Shown here piece by piece: positions 54,924 to 64,000 of a stretch of DNA of 64,000 nt (the first letter of the stretch is position 1; each line of letters starts with the position of its first letter). The stretch comes from Eledone cirrhosa (lineage: Eukaryota), in assembly GCA_964016885.1 (NCBI GenBank), contig CAXHJY010000702.1, forward strand, positions 131,428-195,427, in the 5' to 3' direction. The notes below the pieces were generated by a model. That model saw only the letters and a program-made list of their open reading frames with translations. It was not told the DNA's origin and searched no databases. A program made the translations under genes and the position numbers.

Positions 54924-55700
54924 GTATATATATGTATATATGTATATATACGTATATATATATGTATATATATGTATATATATGTATATATGTATATATA
55001 TGTATATATATGTATATATATGTATATATATGTATATATATGTATGTATATATGTGTATATATGTATATATATGTATGTATATATGTATATATATATGTA
55101 TATATATATATATATATATGTGTATATATATGTGTAGGAGGTGAGTTTTATTGTAGTACAATAAAGCAATGCAGATATCCCTTTCATCTAACTCATCTCA
55201 ATATTTCCTTACTTAAATAACCTGTTATTCCTTTTAATAATACATATCAACATTTTCTTAACATCGCACATATTATTAAACCTTAAATATTATTATTCTC
55301 AATACATATTAACATTTTCTTATTCATCGCACATATTATCAAACCCCTCAATATACAAACCTTAACTTTACATTATTTTTCTCTTCGTTAATTTTCAAAT
55401 TCTTTTAATTTATACATTATCTTCCAACAGTTTTCAACCTCTCTATGTAAAACAATATATCTTTCTCAGTTATAAAAGCTATCTCTCTCTCTCTATCACC
55501 CATCTCTCCTCCTATCTCATCCTTCCTCATTATACTCCTCCCTCTCCACTTTTTACTCTCATCTCCTCCTCTTTTTCACCCCCCCCTCTAAATAAAATAT
55601 TTTTCCCAATATCACACATCAATCTAAAACTACTTTTCATATGTTGATTTAAAACTGAACTATCCACAAGTGTTTTTTAACCTTCATATCATATCTTCCT

Positions 55701-55767
55701 GTTTTATCTGATGAAAACAAATATTATTGCATGATGATATTTGTTTTTGAAATGCGCATAATAAAAT
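55701..55767 (+). ncRNA. Type I hammerhead ribozyme motif (tandem copy 1)
   Basis: GTTTTAT-CTGATGA-AAACAAATATTATT.GCAT.GATGATATTTGTTTTT-GAA-ATGCGCAT-A-ATAAAAT. Confidence 0.78.
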
Positions 55768-55846
55768 ACATGGAACGCTTTTAACCATCTTTTGTTCTTA
55801 TATATTATGTATATATATATGTATATATATATATATATGTATATAC

Positions 55847-55918
<72 letters not shown>

Positions 55919-56071
55919 GTAGGAGGTGAGTTTTATTGTAGTACAATAAAGCAATGCAGATATCGGATAAGAAGCACTCTACAGTTTGTAGGACTGGAGT
56001 ATACTTTTCATATGTTGATTTAAAACTGCACTATCCACAAGTGTTTTTTAGCCTTCATATCATGTTCTCCT

Positions 56072-56141
56072 GTTTTATCTGATGAAAACACAAATATTAT
56101 TGCATGATGATGTTTTATTTTTGAAATGCGCATAATAAAAT
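56072..56141 (+). ncRNA. Type I hammerhead ribozyme motif (tandem copy 2)
   Basis: Same core, stem I and palindromic stem III as copy 1, with a diverged stem II. Confidence 0.72.
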
Positions 56142-56180
56142 ACATGGAACTCCTTTAACCATCTTTTTATCTTATATATG

Positions 56181-56211
<31 letters not shown>

Positions 56212-56218
56212 GTATATA

Positions 56219-56272
<54 letters not shown>

Positions 56273-56280
56273 TATATCTG

Positions 56281-56311
<31 letters not shown>

Positions 56312-56398
56312 GTATATATTATCAAGAAAACGAAAAATCAGTGATGTATCTTTACTTAGTTTATTTCGTGTTACCAATGTTTCGCCGGCATGTACATT

Positions 56399-56450
<52 letters not shown>

Positions 56451-56452
56451 AA

Positions 56453-56749
56453 TGTGTAGGGAATGTTTATGTACGTATGTGTTCGTATGTGTGTGTGGAC
56501 ATGTGAGTTTAAGTTTGTGTATATATGTGTGTCTATGTATGTATGTGTGTGTATATATATATGTATATATATACTTATAGTTATGTAATGAACAACATAG
56601 GATAGTTATTTCATTTACCAGTGGTTTCTTGAAAGCAAACGATATTTACTTTCATTTATCAGAATGAAAAAATCCTAGGTGTGTATGTATATGTGTGTAT
56701 GCACTTGTGCGTATATATGTATGTATGTGAATGTATGTGTGTATGAGCC

Positions 56750-56807
<58 letters not shown>

Positions 56808-57104
56808 GGCTCATACACACATACATTCACATACATACATATATACGCACAAGTGCATACACACATATACATACACACCTAGGATTTTTTCATTCTGATA
56901 AATGAAAGTAAATATCGTTTGCTTTCAAGAAACCACTGGTAAATAAAATAACTATCCTATGTTGTTCATTACATAACTATAAGTATATATATACATATAT
57001 ATATACACACACATACATACATAGACACACATATATACACAAACTTAAACTCACATGTCCACACACACATACGAACACATACGTACATAAACATTCCCTA
57101 CACA
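56453..57104. repeat. 652-bp near-perfect palindrome centred on a pure (TA)n tract
   Basis: The ORF track gives identical peptides on both strands (56675-56878 - and 56679-56882 +). One mismatch seen between arms. Confidence 0.93.
56888..56948 (+). ncRNA. Hammerhead-like motif with G8A core change (mirror copy 56609-56669, minus strand)
   Basis: TTTCATT-CTGATAA-A-TGAAAGTAAAT.ATC.GTTTGCTTTCA-A-GAA-ACCACTGGT-A-AAT(A/G)AAA. Confidence 0.6.
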
Positions 57105-57944
57105 CGCACCTACACACACACACATATATATATATATTTTTATATAAGTATATATATATAGATATATACACACAAAAGAAAAAAGGACAACTTAACATGC
57201 ATACGCATATCCACACATATCCATAAAAATACCCACGCATAGGCCGAACTACATACATCTACACAAGCGTTCGCATACATGCTGTCGCATGTATACACCA
57301 CCACACATGCACATCCGCCTACCCACACAGAAGTGCCACTACATGTACATATATAAACACACCTGTAAGTAAACAGTTGAAAAGACATTATGCAATAGAA
57401 AACAGTATAATAACATAAAACTGTATAATAACAAGAAAAATATACAATGAAATATAATATACAATGTGGTATATATATACACACACATATATATATATAT
57501 ACATACATATATCCCCCTATTATACATATATACACACACATACACATACGCACACATATATACACATGCGCACACATATATACACACACATACACAGACG
57601 CATACGTACACAGACTCATACGTAAATATACGCATATATATATGGTTATGTATAGAGGGTATGTGATAAAATAATACAACATGAATAATATTAATAATGA
57701 AAAAAACATATATAGTCCATATATAAACATCCGCACACTTTCCCAAGAGATGCACATAAACACATACATGTATGCACAAATACATATACACACATATAGA
57801 GGCCCGTGAATGCATACACCTGCACCCACACACACAACGACATATGTACACCCATACACATCCACACATATATACACACACTTACCCGCCCGCACACACA
57901 CGCACCTACTTATATGTGGCTATGCGTACTTACTCACACATATA

Positions 57945-57981
<37 letters not shown>

Positions 57982-58077
57982 ACACATATATGCTCATATA
58001 TAGACACACGTATACACACACACCCTCACAAACACACATACACCCATATTCACCCACATTCTGTCAAATATGTATAT

Positions 58078-58341
58078 GCTCAAAAGTGACACAGAGGAGA
58101 CTGAGGTTGGCTGGACATGCTCACCGACATCCAGAGTTGACATTGCACTCAGTGCTCCTTTGGGAGCCCCTACATGGACACACTAGAAGAGGAAGACCAA
58201 GGTTAACATATGTTGATGCCCTAAGGACAGACACTGGTCTGTTGGAGATGCAGGATATGGCAGCGATAATGAGGGACAGAGACCGCTGGAGAGATCTCGT
58301 CCATGGATCTCGGGAATTTTACCCGCCTTAGATAGATAGAT
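58078..58341 (+). mobile_element. 3' fragment of a further RTE-like LINE family
   Basis: QRRLRLAGHAHRH..VLLWEP..RRGRPRLTY..DRDRWR, then stop and (TAGA)n tail. Confidence 0.8.
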
Positions 58342-58480
58342 GTGCACATGTCTGCACGTACATACGCACATAAGCTCGTGCACCCACGCACCCATGCCCA
58401 TACACACACCCCAATACCCACCCACGTATATATATATACACATACATACGCATCTCACACACACACATGCGCACATATAT

Positions 58481-59164
58481 CCACACACATGTGTGCACAC
58501 ATAAAATAAACTCGTGAACATAAACACAATATGATAATAAAATAAAATATGTAAATAAATTTACAATATTATAGGGTACATTAAATCTGTATGTAACAGG
58601 AAAAGAAGGGGTAACATAAAGGAACGAGTAAAATAAAGGAGAAAAAAAAAGGAGAAAAAAATAAAAGAAAAAAAGAAACGGCGGTGGGGTATATGAGAAG
58701 GTGCGTGTGTCCATGTGACGTACTACACGCAGGCATTATGAGATGCAGGCTCGTGTCCGTGTATACAACAGGTAACAGTAACAAAACAATGATATAACAA
58801 TATTAACAATCACTTTTCCAAAGTGGAGTAGGTGTAGAGTATATAGTCACGATTGACGCTGTATAGATTCAATGTGATGCCCGCCACGGTCGCCACTGGG
58901 CATGGCACCGTGTCTGGGTGTGCTGTTCTAAACGTTTAGTGCACAGGTCCGGGCGGCAGTGGGCCCCCTGTCAGACGGTGCCGGTCCATGCAGTGCATCT
59001 TACCCGCTCCTTTATTTTACCCCTTCTTTTCCTGTACCTTTATGCAGTTACATAGATTTAATGTACCCTATAATATTGTAAATTTATTTACATATTTTAT
59101 TTTATTATCATATTGTGTTTATTATGTTCACGAGTTTTTTTTATGTGTGGACACATGTGTGTGG
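58481..59164. repeat. About 130-bp imperfect inverted repeat enclosing a GC-richer core
   Basis: 58481-58611 is inverted at 59020-59164. Confidence 0.8.
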
Positions 59165-59213
59165 GTATGTCTGCGTGTGTGTAGATGCGTCTGTATGTGT
59201 ATATATATATACG

Positions 59214-59258
<45 letters not shown>

Positions 59259-59657
59259 GTATATGTATATGTATGTATATATGTATGTATGTATGTATAT
59301 ATATATGTATGTATGTATATATATATGTATATGTATGTATATATATATGTATATGTATGTATGTATATATATATGTATGTATGTATATATATATGTATAT
59401 GTATGTATATATATATGTATATGTATGTATGTATATATATATGTATGTATGTATATATATATGTATATGTATGTATGTATATATATATGTATATATGTAT
59501 ATATATATGTATATATGTATATATATATATATATATATGTATGTATATATATATGTATGTATATATATATGTATGTATATATATATGTATGTATGTATAT
59601 ATATATATGTATGTATATATGTATGTATGTATATATATATATATGTATGTATGTATG

Positions 59658-59690
<33 letters not shown>

Positions 59691-59703
59691 ATATGTATGT
59701 ATG

Positions 59704-60310
59704 TCGGGTCACCAGTTGGTGCTACTGGTAACATGTATCCCAGTACAACCTGTCTCATGGTCGGGTCGTTGGCGACTAAACTGGCAACCCCACCAAGGTT
59801 TCTTGGTGAGGAGGGTGACTTTGGACATCCTGCAGGACTAAAAACAAGACCTGTCAAAGGGCAAAGGAGCTCTTAAGAGTCAATGGCCATCCAAAATCAC
59901 AGGGAGAGATGACCCCTTAGCCTTTGTCAAGGCAGAACTCTAGGAGAAGGAAAACTCTGATATAACACCTGCAACTCTGATGGTATCCAATGATGTTGAC
60001 ATGTTCTTCTTTTTGGTAAATATCATCTTGGTTAAGAGAGTGGGACTGGCTTTGTGCAGTGCCTTTGCTCACTATAAAAGCTTCACGGCACAGGCATTGC
60101 TTTATAGCTGGAGATATCTCTGCACTTGTCATCACATGTACCATGGGCCCAGCACTATATGTCAATAATGGTCACCAGTGGGGTGTTTGTGCCAGAGTTT
60201 TCAAGTCGCTGGCTGGACTAAAAAGTCACCCTCGTTCAGCGCATCGGTAGAGGTTCTCCTACATGGATATAAAGTAGTGGCCGTACTCGAAAACGAGTTG
60301 GCAGCCACCA
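59704..60310 (+). mobile_element. Longest copy of the non-autonomous RTE-5'UTR-derived element (about 600 bp)
   Basis: Contains CTAGGAGAAGGAAAACTCTGA, a motif I recognise from RTE 5' UTRs. 59912-60100 is homologous to 61530-61737. No ORF, TA flanks. Confidence 0.75.
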
Positions 60311-60416
60311 TATATATATGTTTGTGTATATATATCTTTGTATGTATATATATATATGTATGTATGTATATATATATGTATATATGTATATGTATGTATA
60401 TATATATGTATGTATG

Positions 60417-60483
<67 letters not shown>

Positions 60484-60492
60484 GTATGTATG

Positions 60493-60579
<87 letters not shown>

Positions 60580-60588
60580 GTATGTATG

Positions 60589-60621
<33 letters not shown>

Positions 60622-60637
60622 ATATATGTATGTATGT

Positions 60638-60980
60638 ATCATCATTTCATCATTTCATTTTTACGTCCGCTTTTTCCCTACTTGCAAGGGTGGGACGGGA
60701 ACTGACTCTGGCTTGATTTCTACAGCTGGATGCCCTTCCTAACACCAACCTCATTTACAGTGAGTGCTGGGTGCTTTTTTGCCGTGGCACCTCCACGACC
60801 ACTTTGCAGTGGAATGATATGAACCCCAGTCCCTATCATCTCATTTCTACAGCTGAGTAAACTGGAGCAATGTGAAATAAAGTGTCTTGCTCAAGGAAAC
60901 AACACATCACCCGGTCTGAGAATTGAACTCACAACCTTTCGATTGCAAGGCCAATGCTCTAACCACTAAGCCATGTGCCT
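60638..60980 (-). mobile_element. tRNA-derived SINE, near-identical to 1438-1780
   Basis: Reverse-complement match over the whole length. Confidence 0.9.
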
Positions 60981-60989
60981 TCATGTATG

Positions 60990-61023
<34 letters not shown>

Positions 61024-61169
61024 TCTTTATATATATGTATGTATGTATATATGTATGTATGTATATGTATGTATATATATATATATGTATGTATATATAT
61101 ATATGTATGTATATATATATGTATGTATATATATATATGTATGTATGTATATATATATGTATGTATGTA

Positions 61170-61202
<33 letters not shown>

Positions 61203-61284
61203 ATATATATATATGTATATATATGTATGTATATATATATATATGTATATATATGTATGTATATATATATGTATGTATGTATGT

Positions 61285-61322
<38 letters not shown>

Positions 61323-61323
61323 G

Positions 61324-61380
<57 letters not shown>

Positions 61381-61462
61381 GTATATATATGTATATATAT
61401 ATATGTATATATATGTATATATATATATATGTATGTATTTTTTTTCTTTATTTTTTATTTTT

Positions 61463-61799
61463 GTGCCGGGACATAGAAATAATCGGGCTGGATGCCCGAT
61501 CGCGCAGTTAAACCACTGGGAGTGAAGAACCCCTAGCCTTTGTCAGGGCATTCTTCTAGGAGATGGCATCTCAGGAAACTGGGTTAACTCCGACATAAAA
61601 CCTGCGGCTCAGTAGTTACCGATGATGTTGATCTTTTCTTCTTTTCGGGTTATAGCTACTGTCGCTCAGAGAGTGGGATTGGCTCAGTGCACAGTCTTTC
61701 CTCACTTTAAAAATATTCGTCACGCACAGGCATTGCACGAGTGCATTAATAATTATTAATAGTGTACTATTATTATTATTATTAATATTACTATTATTA

Positions 61800-61830
<31 letters not shown>

Positions 61831-64000
61831 CTATTCAATGATGTTCCAGAACAATATAAAAGAGATAATTGGCAATTTAGGTTCTGGAACAAAAAAGATC
61901 ATTGGCAATAAGGGCAGGGGCCCCAGGTTATCACAGCCTGGGCCCGCTAGTCATCGTGCCATTGTAATAGAGCCAAACAAGGCATTTAGTCTTGGCTGCT
62001 GAAACGTACGGACGCTGCTTGACAGGGATTCCTTGGGGCGTCCTGAACGAAGGACCGCTCTTGTTGCAAAGGAGCTTCGACGTTACGATCTTGACCTCGT
62101 GGCTTTATCTGAGACAAGGCTAGCTGGAGATGGTCATCTTACGGAATTTTGTGGAGAATATACATTCTTCTGGAAAGGAAGAGATGAAGGAACCAGAAGA
62201 GAGGCTGGGGTAGGATTTGCTGTTAAGACTGTGCTTGTGAACAAATTAGAAGAATTCCCAGTAGGGATTAGTGAGCGTCTTATGTCCATGAAAGTTCTGC
62301 TGGACAAGGGAAAATATGCTACCCTGGTGAGTGTGTATGCTCCAACTATGAGTTCTGTCGATGAGGAAAAGATGTCCTTTTACCATGCCTTGAAAGGTGT
62401 TTTAAGAAATATCCCTCAGGCAGACAAATTCATCATGCTTGGTGACTTTACTGCTAGAGTGGGTAGAGATTTTAGCACATGGAATGTAATCGGAAGGCAT
62501 GGGGTGGGAAAGTGTAACAGCAATGGTATGCTCCTGCTGCAGATGTGTGAGGAGCTGGATCTGTGTTACCAACACCATGTTCCAACAAAAGAACAAATTC
62601 AAGACCACATGGATGCATCCTGCATCTAAGGAATGGCATATTTTGGACTACGTCCTAGTCAGGATGCGTGACAGACAGGATGTGCAGTGTGTTCGTGTTC
62701 TTCGTGGAGCTGAGTGCTGGACGGACCACCGCCTGGTACGCGCAATAGTGAAACTAATCACTAAACGTAAAATTCGGGCTCCTGGTGTTGCCCTGCCCAA
62801 AATATTGAATGCTGCTCGTCTTAAGGATACAAATGTGAAGAGGACATTGGAAGAAGAGATGCAGGCTGCAGATCTTGGTGAGGATTGGCCGACCCTTAAA
62901 AAGTCGGTTTATGATGTAGGCAGGCGTGTTCTGGGATTGGCGCAGAGGAAACATCAGGACTGGTTTGATGTAGAGATAGAAGACTTGTTGGCTGATAGGA
63001 GGCGTGCTCTGTCACGCTACTTGACGGCAAAACCACAGGAGAGGAATACGTTGCATGAGGAACTCAGGGATGTAAAATCACGTGTTAGGCGGAGTCTTTC
63101 TCAGATGAAGGATCAGTGGTGGAGTGAGAAGGCTGGTGAGATACAAACTGCGTCTGATTCCAATAACACAAAGCTGTTGTACAGTCTCTTGCGTGAGGTT
63201 TATGGACCGTCTTTTTCTCTGGTGACACCGCTTCGCAGCAAGGATGGCAAAGAACTTCTTCATGACTCACAAGGAATTCTACGAAGGTGGCGAGAGCACT
63301 TTGATGATCTTTTGAATCAGCCATCTGTCGTCAGTGAAGATTTCCTCAATCTCATTCCAGAAAGTCCTGTGAAAGTAGCTCTCGCAGAATCTCCGACGCT
63401 TGTGGAGGTTGCAGTGGCTATTTCGAAGCTGAACAGTGGAAGATCTCCAGGTATGGATGGCATACATGCTGAGCTCCTACAATATGGTGGTGAGAGACTC
63501 CTGCAACATCTTCACTCTTTGTTTGGCAGGATATGGGCTAATGAATCCGTACCTGAGGACTGGAGAGATGCAGTAATGGTGGTCTTGTACAAGGGAAAGG
63601 GTAACAGGAACGATTGTGGGAACTACAGAGGTGTATCATTGCTTTCTGTCGTAGGGAAAGTTTTATGTAGGGTGCTTCTGGACCGTCTGCTGATACACAT
63701 TGCAGATTGTGTTCTTCCTGAAAGTCAATCTGGTTTTCGTGCTGGACGCGGCACTACTGATATGATCTTCTCAGCTAGACAGCTCCAGGAGAAGTGCATG
63801 GAACAAGGCTTGGATCTGTATCAGGTTTTTGTCGATCTGACAAAAGCTTTCGATACTGTTAACAGAGATGCATTATGGAAGGTTCTCCAGAAACTTGGTT
63901 GCCCTGATAAGTTCCTTGCTTTAGTTAGGTCTTTCCATGACGACATGAAGGCTTGGGTTAATGTCGAGTGTAACATGTCGGAGCCTATCTCAGTAAAAAA
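61463..64000 (+). mobile_element. BovB-like RTE LINE, 5' UTR + EN + start of RT, frameshifted; continues beyond window
   Basis: GC*NVRTLLD..RPERRTALVAKELRRYDLDLVALSETR, VSVYAPT, TTWMHP, ILDYVLVR, WTDHRLV, QDWFD, NYRGVSLLS, ESQSGFR, FVDLTKAFDTVNR. Confidence 0.9.

Overview
This is repeat-rich, AT-rich metazoan (eukaryotic) genomic DNA, not prokaryotic. The SINE/RTE complement and huge (TA)n/(TACA) tracts suggest a cephalopod such as an octopus (inference). Nearly all Y/I/H/M-rich ORFs in the track are microsatellite artefacts. Real content: one apparently intact 5 kb CR1/L2-group LINE (ORF1 with Myb/SANT-like and two CCCH motifs; ORF2 APE-RT) plus a truncated sister copy; many 5'-truncated copies of a young RTE family with a PHD-like finger inside its RT; the 5' part of a BovB-like RTE and short non-autonomous elements sharing its 5' UTR; tRNA-derived SINEs; a non-autonomous Helitron; a decayed Penelope-like GIY-YIG fragment; and one candidate host exon. 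The most striking non-coding signal is about 18 complete or partial type I hammerhead-ribozyme motifs from roughly a dozen unrelated sequence contexts. They sit in short non-coding modules wedged between (TA)n tracts, often as foldbacks or tandem pairs, consistent with a diverse Penelope-derived or retrozyme-like population associated with TA microsatellites. All calls were made by eye, and ribozyme activity is untested.
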